Shown: in pieces, positions 29,572-38,913 of the stretch
Numbering within the stretch: the first letter of the stretch is position 1
Layout of the letters: each line of letters opens with the position of its first letter
Assembly (NCBI GenBank): GCA_019414055.1
Contig: DXMV01000025.1
Coordinates: forward strand, 41,295-105,294
Length of the DNA stretch: 64,000 nt
DNA from: Collinsella sp.
GTDB taxonomy: Bacteria; Actinomycetota; Coriobacteriia; Coriobacteriales; Coriobacteriaceae
Direction of reading: 5' to 3'
The notes under the pieces: model-generated
Databases searched by the model: none
What the model was told of the DNA's origin: nothing
Seen by the model: only the letters and a program-made list of their open reading frames with translations
Translations under genes and position numbers: made by a program

Positions 29572-31092
29572 TTAGCTCTGGCGGTAATGGTCGAAGAAGT
29601 CGGCGAGGTCTTCGAGGGACTCTTTGAGCACTTCCATGCGCGGTAGGTACACGATGCGGAAGTGATCGGGCTCGGCCCAGTTAAAGCCGCCGCCGCGCGT
29701 GATGAGGATCTTCTTCTCGTGCAGCAGGTCGAGGGCAAACTGCTCGTCGTCGGTGATGTTGAACTTCTTCACATCCATCTTGGGGAAGATATAGAACGCC
29801 GCACGCGGCTTGACCACCGAGATGCCGTCGATCTTGTTGAGTGCCTCATACACAAAGTTGCGCTGCTCGTAGACACGACCGCCGGGGCGGATATAGTTGT
29901 TAACAGACTGATGGCCGCCGAGCGCCGTCTGGACGATCGACTGAGCCGGCACGTTGGAGCACAGGCGCATGTTCGAGAGCATGTTGATGCCCATGATGAA
30001 GTCGCTCATGCAGCGCTGGTTGCCCGAAAGCACCATCCAGCCAATACGATAGCCCGCGATCATGTGCGACTTGGACAGGCCGCTAAAGGTGACGCAGGGC
30101 AGGTCGGGAGCGAGCGAGGCAATCGAGACGTGCTCGTAGCCGTCCATGCACAGGCGGTCGTAGATCTCATCGGCAAAAATCATGAGCTGGTGCCTGCGCG
30201 CGATCTCAACGATGCCCTCGAGTACCTCGCGCGGATAGACCGAACCCGTGGGGTTGTTGGGGTTGATGATGACGAGGGCCTTGGTCGCGCTCGTGATCTT
30301 GGACTCCATATCCTCCAGGTCGGGATACCAATCCGCTTGCTCATCACACAGATAGTGAACGGGATGACCGCCGGCAAGGGTTGCGCACGCCGTCCAGAGC
30401 GGATAGTCGGGGCTGGGGATCAGAATCTCGTCGCCATTGTCGAGCAGCGCGTTCATCGAAAGCTGAATGAGTTCGGACACGCCGTTGCCCGTGTAGATGT
30501 GCTCCATCTGAACATTGGGCAGGCCCTTGATCTGCGAGTACTGCATGATTGCCTTGCGCGCAGAGAACAGGCCGCGCGAGTTGGAATAGCCTTCGCAGTC
30601 GGGCAGCTGCTGGCGCATGTCCTTAATGACCTCATCGGGCGTGCGGAAGCCAAAGGGCGCCGGATTACCGATGTTGAGCTTGAGAATACGCTCGCCCTCG
30701 TCCTCCATACGGGCGGCCTCGTCGACGACGGGGCCGCGCACGTCATACAGGACGTTATCGAGCTTGGTGGATTTTGAAAAAGTACGCATGGTGGTGCTCC
30801 TTGGAATTTGAGCTGAGGGATGGGGTTCGGGCTTGGGTACGTTGCGAGGCGATGATTCCTCGCCTTGATCGGCGTCACCGGCGAGCAGCCAGGAAACATC
30901 GACCTCCAAAATACGAGCGAGCAGCTCTGCCACATCGCGCCGCGGGATCGTCTTGCCGCTCACATATTGGCTCATCTGACTCTTGCCGAGTTTTTTTCCG
31001 AGCATCTCCGATGCGCGGATTACGTCCGACTGGCGAACGTCGCGATCGGACATGGTCTGTCGCAGGCGATCGCTAAACGTCTCTTGGGCCAT
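29572..31092 (-). CDS. alaA: XRE-HTH fused to an AlaA-type PLP aminotransferase
   Basis: N-terminal HTH (KSQMSQYVSGKTIP); YDVRGP, LNIGNPA, INPNNPTG, DEIY, GLSKSH. Confidence 0.85.
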   Translation of the reverse strand: MAQETFSDRLRQTMSDRDVRQSDVIRASEMLGKKLGKSQMSQYVSGKTIPRRDVAELLARILEVDVSWLLAGDADQGEESSPRNVPKPEPHPSAQIPRSTTMRTFSKSTKLDNVLYDVRGPVVDEAARMEDEGERILKLNIGNPAPFGFRTPDEVIKDMRQQLPDCEGYSNSRGLFSARKAIMQYSQIKGLPNVQMEHIYTGNGVSELIQLSMNALLDNGDEILIPSPDYPLWTACATLAGGHPVHYLCDEQADWYPDLEDMESKITSATKALVIINPNNPTGSVYPREVLEGIVEIARRHQLMIFADEIYDRLCMDGYEHVSIASLAPDLPCVTFSGLSKSHMIAGYRIGWMVLSGNQRCMSDFIMGINMLSNMRLCSNVPAQSIVQTALGGHQSVNNYIRPGGRVYEQRNFVYEALNKIDGISVVKPRAAFYIFPKMDVKKFNITDDEQFALDLLHEKKILITRGGGFNWAEPDHFRIVYLPRMEVLKESLEDLADFFDHYRQS

Positions 31093-31111
31093 TAGAACCT
31101 CCTTGCTGGCA

Positions 31112-31195
31112 AAGTTCAATTTATAGAACACGAATTGAACCTAAGTTCAATTTAGGCAGCAGTATAGCGCCGTACCTTATTCGGAAGTTCAATTT
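31112..31195. promoter_or_regulatory. Repeated operator upstream of XRE-alaA
   Basis: AAGTTCAATTT at 31112, 31143 and 31185; palindrome AATTGAAC-CTAA-GTTCAATT at 31133-31152. Confidence 0.65.
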
Positions 31196-31254
31196 CACAA
31201 GAAAACGTACCGAACTCCGAGATTTGCCCAAGGCGGACAATGACGCGCACGCGT

Positions 31255-32112
31255 TTAGAGATATTCAAGGAATCGAGCGGCGGCAAGCGAAACGTCAGCC
31301 GTGCGATATATCGCGTTGATCTGCCGATGGGGATGTCCCTCGAGCGGACGCACGGCGACATCGAACTGACAGCGGCGCAAGATGAGCGCCGGAAGAATAC
31401 TCACGCCCAGACCGTCCTCGACCATGGCCATAATCGCATAATCATCCCAGGTCGATAGCTTAGAACGCACCGCCAGACCCGCGCGGCGAAACAGCGGCGT
31501 AATCTCGTCGTCGCTACCGCGTTCCAGCAGAATAAACTGCTCGTTGGCCAAATCGGCAAGGCAAACGACCTCCGCGGTGGCAAGCGAGGAGTCCGCTGGC
31601 ACCACGGCCATCAGCTCGTCTTGCACCAACGGCCGCGACGCCATACAGGCGCCGCGTGGCTCGCGCGGAATAAAGCCCAGGTCGCAGCGGCCTTCCGCCA
31701 CCCATTGCTCAATCTCGGAGTAATCACCCATCAGCAGCTCGTAATCGACTTCCGGGTGATCAGCGCGAAACCGCGCGATCACCGGCGGCAGTACATGGGT
31801 CGCCACACTCGAGAATGTACCGATACAGATCTTGCCACGCATGAGCCCCCGCATCTCGTCCACGCATCGCTGCAGGCGGCCAAACTCTTCGCATAACGCC
31901 TCGACTGCCGGCATGACCTGCCGCCCGTCGGCAGAAAGCACCACGCCCTCGCGGCTGCGATCAAGCACCTTAAAACCCCAGTCTGCCTCAAGGTCGCCCA
32001 CCATGCGGCTCACGCCCGACTGCGAATAGCTCAGCCGCTCTGCAGCATGCGTAAAGCTGCCGGCACGCACCGTCTCGAGCAGCACTTGCATCTTTTGAAT
32101 ATTCGTTTCCAC
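31255..32112 (-). CDS. LysR family regulator
   Basis: GSFTHAAERLSYSQSGVSR HTH; divergent from a DMT transporter. Confidence 0.9.
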   Translation of the reverse strand: METNIQKMQVLLETVRAGSFTHAAERLSYSQSGVSRMVGDLEADWGFKVLDRSREGVVLSADGRQVMPAVEALCEEFGRLQRCVDEMRGLMRGKICIGTFSSVATHVLPPVIARFRADHPEVDYELLMGDYSEIEQWVAEGRCDLGFIPREPRGACMASRPLVQDELMAVVPADSSLATAEVVCLADLANEQFILLERGSDDEITPLFRRAGLAVRSKLSTWDDYAIMAMVEDGLGVSILPALILRRCQFDVAVRPLEGHPHRQINAIYRTADVSLAAARFLEYL

Positions 32113-32230
32113 GGCATCCCTCCACCTTTACATGAGTTTTTGTCATGTTATCAATGCATTATATTCGCTTTTCTTCTAAAGCCACCTCACCCATAGTGAA
32201 CATGCTCGGATATAGAGGAGATGTCAGCAC

Positions 32231-33142
32231 ATGAACAACGGACTGTTTACGTACTTAGCAGCATTGCTATTGTTTGGCTCCAACGGCATCATCGCCGCTG
32301 CCATCGCGCTGCCGAGCTCCGATATCGTACTGTTGCGCACGTTTTTGGGCGCTCTCACCCTTGCCGCCATCCTCTTCATAACCAAGCGCCATAACCTGCA
32401 GGCTCCGTCTCGCCCCCGCGAGGCCGCAGCGCTCATCGTCTCGGGCGCCGCGCTGGGCGCCAGCTGGATTTTCCTGTTCCGCGCCTATCAGACGATCGGC
32501 GTTGGCATCTCCTCGCTGTTGTATTACTGCGGCCCCATCATCGTTATGGCCCTCTCCCCGCTCATTTTTGGCGAAAAGCTGACCGGCGGCAAAATCGCCG
32601 GGTTTATCGCCGTTGCCTGTGGCGCCTTTCTCATTGCGGCGCAAGGTCTAGGCGGCAATATGCCCATTGCGGGTATCGCTTGCGGCATCGCCTCGGCCTT
32701 CTGCTACGCCTTGATGGTCATCGCTAGCAAGGGTGCGCCACACATCGAAGGCCTCGAGAACTCCACGCTCCAGGTGAGCGCCGCCTTTGTAACCGCGTTG
32801 ATCCTTACGCTCTTCACGCAAGGTGCCCCCTCGTTCCTCTCCCCCAGCATTGCCGCCGGCATCGATTGGGGCGCCGTCGCCATGCTCGGCGTCGTCAACA
32901 CCGGCATCGGTTGCCTGCTCTACTTTAGTGCCGTCGCCAAGCTGCCCGTCCAGACCGTCGCGGTCGTCGGCTACCTCGAGCCGCTTTCGGCCGTCGTGTT
33001 CTCCGTTGCCCTTTTGGGAGAGACCATGACGCCCATCCGCCTCATGGGCGCCGCGTTGATCATCGGCGGCGCGATCTTTTGCGAAGTCGCCGGCAAACGC
33101 GCAGACACCAAAGCAAGCATCGCCCAAGCAGCACGCGCCTAA
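32231..33142 (+). CDS. DMT/EamA family transporter
   Basis: About 10 TM segments; YLEPLSAV motif. Confidence 0.85.
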   Translation: MNNGLFTYLAALLLFGSNGIIAAAIALPSSDIVLLRTFLGALTLAAILFITKRHNLQAPSRPREAAALIVSGAALGASWIFLFRAYQTIGVGISSLLYYCGPIIVMALSPLIFGEKLTGGKIAGFIAVACGAFLIAAQGLGGNMPIAGIACGIASAFCYALMVIASKGAPHIEGLENSTLQVSAAFVTALILTLFTQGAPSFLSPSIAAGIDWGAVAMLGVVNTGIGCLLYFSAVAKLPVQTVAVVGYLEPLSAVVFSVALLGETMTPIRLMGAALIIGGAIFCEVAGKRADTKASIAQAARA

Positions 33143-33371
33143 AAGCCCCTCTTCAGTTTCAAAGCAGGGGCGCGTCCGTGGTTATCACATTGCAGCAAGA
33201 CCATACAGCCGGTGCGCCCCTGTTTTGAAATGCTACCTGCGTACATGAATAATCCCCAGATGGGGATTATTGTCTAAAACACCCCGATGTGCCAAGCTGC
33301 TCTTATATGTATAAAGATGGCATAAAGGTTATCTGCCCTAGACAGATAACCGGATGCCTAAGGGAGTCCAC

Positions 33372-35603
33372 GTGGCACACAACAAACTGGAGGCAAACCT
33401 CCAAGACCAGCACGGACAAAGCGGGCATGGAGCCATTCCCCTTTCTGCTGGTATGTTGCTCGTAACGCTCGGCGTCGTCTATGGCGACATCGGCACGAGC
33501 CCTATGTACACCATGAAATCAATCGTCGCCAACAACGGCGGCATCGGTACCGTCAGCGAGGACATGATCCTGGGCGCGCTTTCGCTCGTCATCTGGACCA
33601 TGACGCTCGTAACCACGGTCAAGTACGTGCTAATCGCCATGAGGGCCGACAACCACAACGAGGGCGGTATCTTCGCCCTGTTCAGTCTCGTGCGCAAAGT
33701 GGCGCCGTGGCTGATCCTTCCCGCCATGATCGGCGGTGCGGCGCTGCTTGCCGACGGCATCCTCACCCCCGCCGTCACGGTCACCACAGCCATCGAGGGT
33801 CTGCGCACCATCGAGTGGGGCCACGCGCTATTGGGCGACGGCCAGACCAACGTCATCATTATTACCATCATCATTATCTGCGGCCTATTTGCCATGCAGC
33901 GCGCCGGCACCTCGTCAATCGGCAAGCTCTTCGGCCCGCTCATGACGCTATGGTTCCTGTTCCTGGCGGGCGCCGGCCTGTTCAACATGCTCGGCAACCT
34001 GTCCATCTTGCGCGCACTCAACCCCATCCGCGGCATCATGTTCCTGTTCTCGCCCATCAACCACTCGGGCATCATGGTGCTCGGCTTCGTCTTCCTGTCG
34101 ACGACCGGCGCCGAGGCGCTCTATTCGGACATGGGTCACGTGGGCAAGGCTAACATTTACGCATCCTGGCCGTTCGTAAAGGCGGCCCTCATCCTTAACT
34201 ATCTGGGTCAGGGCGCTTGGCTGCTCGCCAACAACTCCAATCCCCAGATGCTCGCGATGGACATCGTCAACCCGTTCTACATGATGCTTCCCGAGCCCCT
34301 GCGCCCCTTTGCCATCGTGCTATCGGCCGTAGCGGCCATCATCGCCTCGCAGGCGCTTATCACCGGCTCGTTCTCGCTGGTATCCGAGGCCACGCGTCTC
34401 AACCTTATGCCGCATCTGCGCATCCACTACCCCAGCGACACCAAGGGTCAACTCTATATTCCGCTCGTCAACAACATCATGTGGGTCGGCTGTATCTTCA
34501 TCGTGCTACTGTTCCAAAACTCCGAGCGCATGGAGAGCGCCTACGGCCTCGCCATCACCGTGACTATGCTCATGACCACGACGCTTTTGACGAGCTACAT
34601 CGCCGGCATCCTCAAGCACAAGCTGGGTGCCTGCGTCTTCGCCCTGCTCTTTGGTGCCATTGAGCTGTGCTTCTTCGCTTCGTGCCTCACCATGTTCTTT
34701 GACGGCGGCTACGTCATGATCTTCCTGGCGGCACTGTTGTTCGGCCTTATGTATGTATGGCGTCGCGGCACTGCCATCGAGCGCACGCAGACGATTCTGC
34801 TGCCCGTCTCCAAGTACATCGACCAGCTCAATCGCCTGCGCAATGACGAGACCTATCCCGTGCTCGCCGACAATCTGGTGTTCCTCACCAACAGCCCCGA
34901 CCCGCTCACGCTCGACCGCGACGTGCTCTATTCCATCCTGGACAAGCACCCCAAGCGCGCCAAGGCATATTGGTTCATCAACGTGCACGTTACCGATGAA
35001 CCCTATACGCACGAGTATTCCGTCGAAACCTTTGGCACGGATTTTTTGTTCCGCGTGCGCCTGGACCTGGGCTTTAAGGTCAATCAGCGCATCAACGCCT
35101 ACCTGCGCCAGATCGTTGGCGACCTGATGGCATCGGGTGAGTTGCCGCCGCAGCATCACACCTACTCCATCTACGAGACACGTGGCAACGTGGGCGACTT
35201 CCGTTTTTGCATGCTGCGCAAGATGCTTGCCCCCGAAACGGACATCAACCGCAACGACCACCGCGTGATGGCCATCAAGTACGCCGTCCGCCGCGCCTGC
35301 GGAAGCCCGGCACGCTGGTACGGTCTTGAGAACTCGGCGATCATCATCGAGTACGTGCCTCTCTTTGCCCGCATGCGTCCGGCGGTCAAACTCGTACGCA
35401 CCCATGTGCCGCTCGAAGTCCAGATCGAGGAAGCCGAGGAAATGGAAGTCGATATCTTCTCGGACGACCTGGTCAACGGCAACGAGGCCGGTAGGGACAT
35501 GAACGTCGATCCCACCGAATTGCTCGAGAGCGTCGCCGATACGCCCGAACAGCAACTGCTCGACGGCCTCGAGAGCGCCCAGCTCAACGATGCCAACTTC
35601 TAG
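33372..35603 (+). CDS. kup: KUP/HAK/KT potassium transporter
   Basis: GVVYGDIGTSPMY, EGGIFAL, GAEALYSDMGH, GQLYIP. Confidence 0.93.
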   Translation: MAHNKLEANLQDQHGQSGHGAIPLSAGMLLVTLGVVYGDIGTSPMYTMKSIVANNGGIGTVSEDMILGALSLVIWTMTLVTTVKYVLIAMRADNHNEGGIFALFSLVRKVAPWLILPAMIGGAALLADGILTPAVTVTTAIEGLRTIEWGHALLGDGQTNVIIITIIIICGLFAMQRAGTSSIGKLFGPLMTLWFLFLAGAGLFNMLGNLSILRALNPIRGIMFLFSPINHSGIMVLGFVFLSTTGAEALYSDMGHVGKANIYASWPFVKAALILNYLGQGAWLLANNSNPQMLAMDIVNPFYMMLPEPLRPFAIVLSAVAAIIASQALITGSFSLVSEATRLNLMPHLRIHYPSDTKGQLYIPLVNNIMWVGCIFIVLLFQNSERMESAYGLAITVTMLMTTTLLTSYIAGILKHKLGACVFALLFGAIELCFFASCLTMFFDGGYVMIFLAALLFGLMYVWRRGTAIERTQTILLPVSKYIDQLNRLRNDETYPVLADNLVFLTNSPDPLTLDRDVLYSILDKHPKRAKAYWFINVHVTDEPYTHEYSVETFGTDFLFRVRLDLGFKVNQRINAYLRQIVGDLMASGELPPQHHTYSIYETRGNVGDFRFCMLRKMLAPETDINRNDHRVMAIKYAVRRACGSPARWYGLENSAIIIEYVPLFARMRPAVKLVRTHVPLEVQIEEAEEMEVDIFSDDLVNGNEAGRDMNVDPTELLESVADTPEQQLLDGLESAQLNDANF

Positions 35604-35623
35604 CGACGTCGCGCATCAACGAC

Positions 35624-35661
35624 AGCGCCCCTGCACCTCACAGGAGATGCAGGGGCGCTTT
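35624..35661. terminator. Terminator between kup and bsh
   Basis: AGCGCCCCTGCA...TGCAGGGGCGCTTT. Confidence 0.7.
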
Positions 35662-35682
35662 GCATTTCAGTAAAGCCCTCGG

Positions 35683-36648
35683 CTACGAACGACGCGGCTC
35701 GGGAACCACAAGCCTATCGGGGCTCGCGCCCTCGGCATCCATCAGGCTCACGTAGCGAATCGACGGATCCTCATACATCGCGTAGTAATAATTGCCCGTG
35801 CGCGCGCTAAAGCATCCGGTATAGATAGTCTTCTCGAACTTGCCATCGCCCATCCTGGACGCCCCCTCAATCATCACCACGCCCTCGAGTGAACGGAACA
35901 TGCGGACGACGTTTTCGGTCTCGCTGTCTTTTTGCGGGTAATTGGCGTTGAGGTACGCTGCCTTTACAAAACGGCTCGGCGAATAGCAGTCGCCGGGAAT
36001 GCCGCGCATGCCGGCACCGGCTCCATAGGGCTTAAGCTCGGCGCCACGCCACGTCGCCGTCTGCGGAAAATCGCTTGTGGCGGTGATATAAGTGCGTAGG
36101 TTTTCCATATGCCACGGGAAGGTGGGCTGATTGGCAAGGGTGTCGACCGGATCGTCGTATACATGCAGGCCGTCAGCCATCATCTCGACCACGATGCTAC
36201 GCTGGCTGTCGCCGATAATCCAATGGAGCAGCGACACGCCCAGCCCCTCTCCGGCAGATTTGGCGACAATCACCGTGTCGCGCAGCGCGGCCTCGACCTC
36301 ATCGACCGTCGAGAACGTCGCTGCCACCCACAGGGGAAACTCATAGGCCGCGATATTGGTCTTGCCGTCGACAGGGTCCTCGGCATACTCGGCATAACCC
36401 GGGAAATTGAGACCCGCCACGGCGAGGCCCGCATCGTTGCCGCAGTCGAAGAACATAGGGTAGTTCTTGTAATCGATGCACATACCGATCACCGCGTGTG
36501 CCGCTGTCGTGTCGTCGATAAACGAATACGGAATGTGAAACCCGCGCGGCATCACGCGAACCTGTTGGCCGTAGTCAAAGCTCCAGTCGAGGTTGCGGCC
36601 CAGATACATGTTGCCGGAATTATCGGTAAATCGAATGCTCGTACACAT
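35683..36648 (-). CDS. bsh: Choloylglycine hydrolase (bile salt hydrolase / PVA family)
   Basis: MCT N-terminal nucleophile, GRNLD, LNFPGYA, ANQP, GIPGD..SPSRFV. Confidence 0.88.
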   Translation of the reverse strand: MCTSIRFTDNSGNMYLGRNLDWSFDYGQQVRVMPRGFHIPYSFIDDTTAAHAVIGMCIDYKNYPMFFDCGNDAGLAVAGLNFPGYAEYAEDPVDGKTNIAAYEFPLWVAATFSTVDEVEAALRDTVIVAKSAGEGLGVSLLHWIIGDSQRSIVVEMMADGLHVYDDPVDTLANQPTFPWHMENLRTYITATSDFPQTATWRGAELKPYGAGAGMRGIPGDCYSPSRFVKAAYLNANYPQKDSETENVVRMFRSLEGVVMIEGASRMGDGKFEKTIYTGCFSARTGNYYYAMYEDPSIRYVSLMDAEGASPDRLVVPEPRRS

Positions 36649-36779
36649 AGCGCCTCCTAGCTTTACGTTCTTGCTAAGTTCATTGTCACCAAACAAAAAG
36701 GCGCTAAACACAAAAGCCCGGACATGACAACAATGTCACGCCCGGACCAAAAACGACGAAGTGCGGTGCTGTGGTCGCC

Positions 36780-37199
36780 CTAGACAAGCTTGCCAAGACA
36801 GTGATCGATCATATGCTGGATCATCTGCGCCTCGAAGCCCACAAAGTCCTGCTTGCGCTCGCGCATCTTGCCGTCGACGATCTGGTCAAAGGCAACCTTG
36901 CACTTGATATAGCGCGTGGACTTGGTGACCTCCTCGTGCGTCAGGCAGCTCTCCTCCATCTTGCTGGCACCCAGGCCAAACACCAGACGGGGGTTGTAGA
37001 GCACGTGGGGCTCGCCGGCGTCGTCCAGGTAGACGCAGATCTTCTTGGTAACGCCAATCTGGTTAGCGGCAAGGCAGCCGGCATCGTCGAGCGACTTGAT
37101 GGTATCGATCAGGTCCTGAGCAACCGACTCGTCCTCGACGGTCGCAACCTCGCAACGCTGGGACAGGATAGCCTCGTCGTGGCAAAGCTCTTTAATCAT
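36780..37199 (-). CDS. Peptide deformylase-like protein, catalytic Glu absent
   Basis: CLAANQIG, ESCLT, QHMIDH in place of HExDH. Confidence 0.8.
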   Translation of the reverse strand: MIKELCHDEAILSQRCEVATVEDESVAQDLIDTIKSLDDAGCLAANQIGVTKKICVYLDDAGEPHVLYNPRLVFGLGASKMEESCLTHEEVTKSTRYIKCKVAFDQIVDGKMRERKQDFVGFEAQMIQHMIDHCLGKLV

Positions 37200-37392
37200 A
37201 CGTTCCTCCATAGGGGTCGTTGTAACCGCTTAAGTATACGGTACCCACACATTTTCATGCGATAAATACCGTCCGTCTGTTACAAAGCGCCGAACATCAA
37301 CATGCGAGGAACAGCAAGGTTGTAAAGACGATATAGTAAGTGAGTTCGTGTCAATCGGCCTAAACTCGGGGCCGAACAAGGAAAGGGTATGC

Positions 37393-38706
37393 ATGGACGA
37401 ACTTTTTCACGTCAGTGAGCGCAAGTCCACAATCGGGACCGAACTTCGCGCTGGACTGACAACATTCCTGGCGATGGCCTACATCATCGCCGTCAACCCC
37501 GCAGTGCTCTCGGGCGCTGGCATCGATGCGGGAGCGCTCGCCTGCGCCACCTGCCTGGGCGCCGGCATCATGACCATCTGCATGGGCATCTTCGCCAACC
37601 GCCCGCTCGCCTGCGCGTCGGGTCTGGGCATCAACGCCATGATCGCGGGCATCGCCACCACCATGTGCGGCGGCGACTGGCACGTGGCCATGAGCGTTAT
37701 CTTCCTCGAGGGTATCGTCATCTTGCTGCTCGTCCTGTGCGGCCTGCGCGAGGCCATCATGGACGCCATCCCCGTGGTCCTGCGCCACGCCATCTCGGTG
37801 GGTCTGGGCCTGTTTATCGCCATGATCGGCCTGTGCGACGCCGGCATCATCACCGCTGGCGCCGGTACGCTCGTCGGCCTGGGCGACATCGCCTCCCCCA
37901 CCTTTATCGTCGGCATCATCTCCATCGTCGTGACGGTTGCCCTGGCTTCCCGCAACGTGCCGGGCTCGCTGCTCATCGGCATCATCGTCGCCGTTATCGC
38001 CGGAATCCCGCTGGGCGTCACCCATGCGCCCGAGGGCCTCATCGCACCGCTCGACTTCTCGACCTTTGGCGCCCCGTTTGCCAGCACCGCCGACGGCAAC
38101 ATGGCCATCGTGAAGGTTCTGACCGACCCGATGCTGCTCGTCGTTGCCTTCTCGCTGCTCATGAGCGACTTCTTCGACACCATGGGCACCGCGATGGCCG
38201 TCGCCAAGCAGGGCGAGTTCCTGACCGAGGACGGCAATGTCGAGGACATCCGTCCCATCCTGGTCGTCGACTCCGTGGCCGCTGCTGCCGGTGGCTTTAT
38301 GGGCGTCTCCTCCATCACTACCTTCGTCGAGTCCACCTCTGGCGCTGCCGACGGTGGTCGCACGGGCCTCACCTCCGTCACCACCGGCGTGCTGTTCATT
38401 CTCGCCGCGTTCTTCTCCCCCATCGTCACCATCGTTTCCAGTGCCGCCACCTGCGGTGCTCTGGTCTACGTCGGCTACCTCATGATGAGCGAGGCCTCCG
38501 AGATCGACTGGTCCGACGTGTCGCAGGGTTTCCCGGCGTTCATGATTGTCGCCGGCGTGCCCTTCACCTACTCCATCTCTGCCGGCATTGGCCTGGGCTT
38601 TATCGCCTACGTGATCGTCGCGCTCTTTAAGGGCGAGGCCTCCAAGATCAAGCCGCTCATGTGGATCGCAGCCCTTGCCTTCCTCGTCTACTTCTTTGTA
38701 GCGTAA
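37393..38706 (+). CDS. NCS2 (AzgA/PbuG-type) purine permease
   Basis: ELRAGLTTFLAMAYII, DFFDTMGT, FVESTSG..DGGRTGL. Confidence 0.9.
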   Translation: MDELFHVSERKSTIGTELRAGLTTFLAMAYIIAVNPAVLSGAGIDAGALACATCLGAGIMTICMGIFANRPLACASGLGINAMIAGIATTMCGGDWHVAMSVIFLEGIVILLLVLCGLREAIMDAIPVVLRHAISVGLGLFIAMIGLCDAGIITAGAGTLVGLGDIASPTFIVGIISIVVTVALASRNVPGSLLIGIIVAVIAGIPLGVTHAPEGLIAPLDFSTFGAPFASTADGNMAIVKVLTDPMLLVVAFSLLMSDFFDTMGTAMAVAKQGEFLTEDGNVEDIRPILVVDSVAAAAGGFMGVSSITTFVESTSGAADGGRTGLTSVTTGVLFILAAFFSPIVTIVSSAATCGALVYVGYLMMSEASEIDWSDVSQGFPAFMIVAGVPFTYSISAGIGLGFIAYVIVALFKGEASKIKPLMWIAALAFLVYFFVA

Positions 38707-38913
38707 CGGCAAAGCTGCCAAAGCAGAACACCAAAGCGCGGAGTCGCATCGAGCGGCTCCGCGCTTTTCTTTTAAAGCCAGGCACCGCACGGACGCGCGA
38801 TGTATTGCCTCCCAAGTTTTGGACATTTTGCCCTCCAAACGGCACTACCGCCGGCTACATCCTGCAGATATGCTGGGCGTAATCGCATAGGCCCTATGAG
38901 GATGGGAGTAACC

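Noticed and set aside
33143..33371. c-di-AMP (ydaO) riboswitch upstream of kup
   Set aside because: Conserved ydaO motifs not found; only simple hairpins
37210..37392. Purine riboswitch upstream of the NCS2 permease
   Set aside because: No recognisable aptamer core
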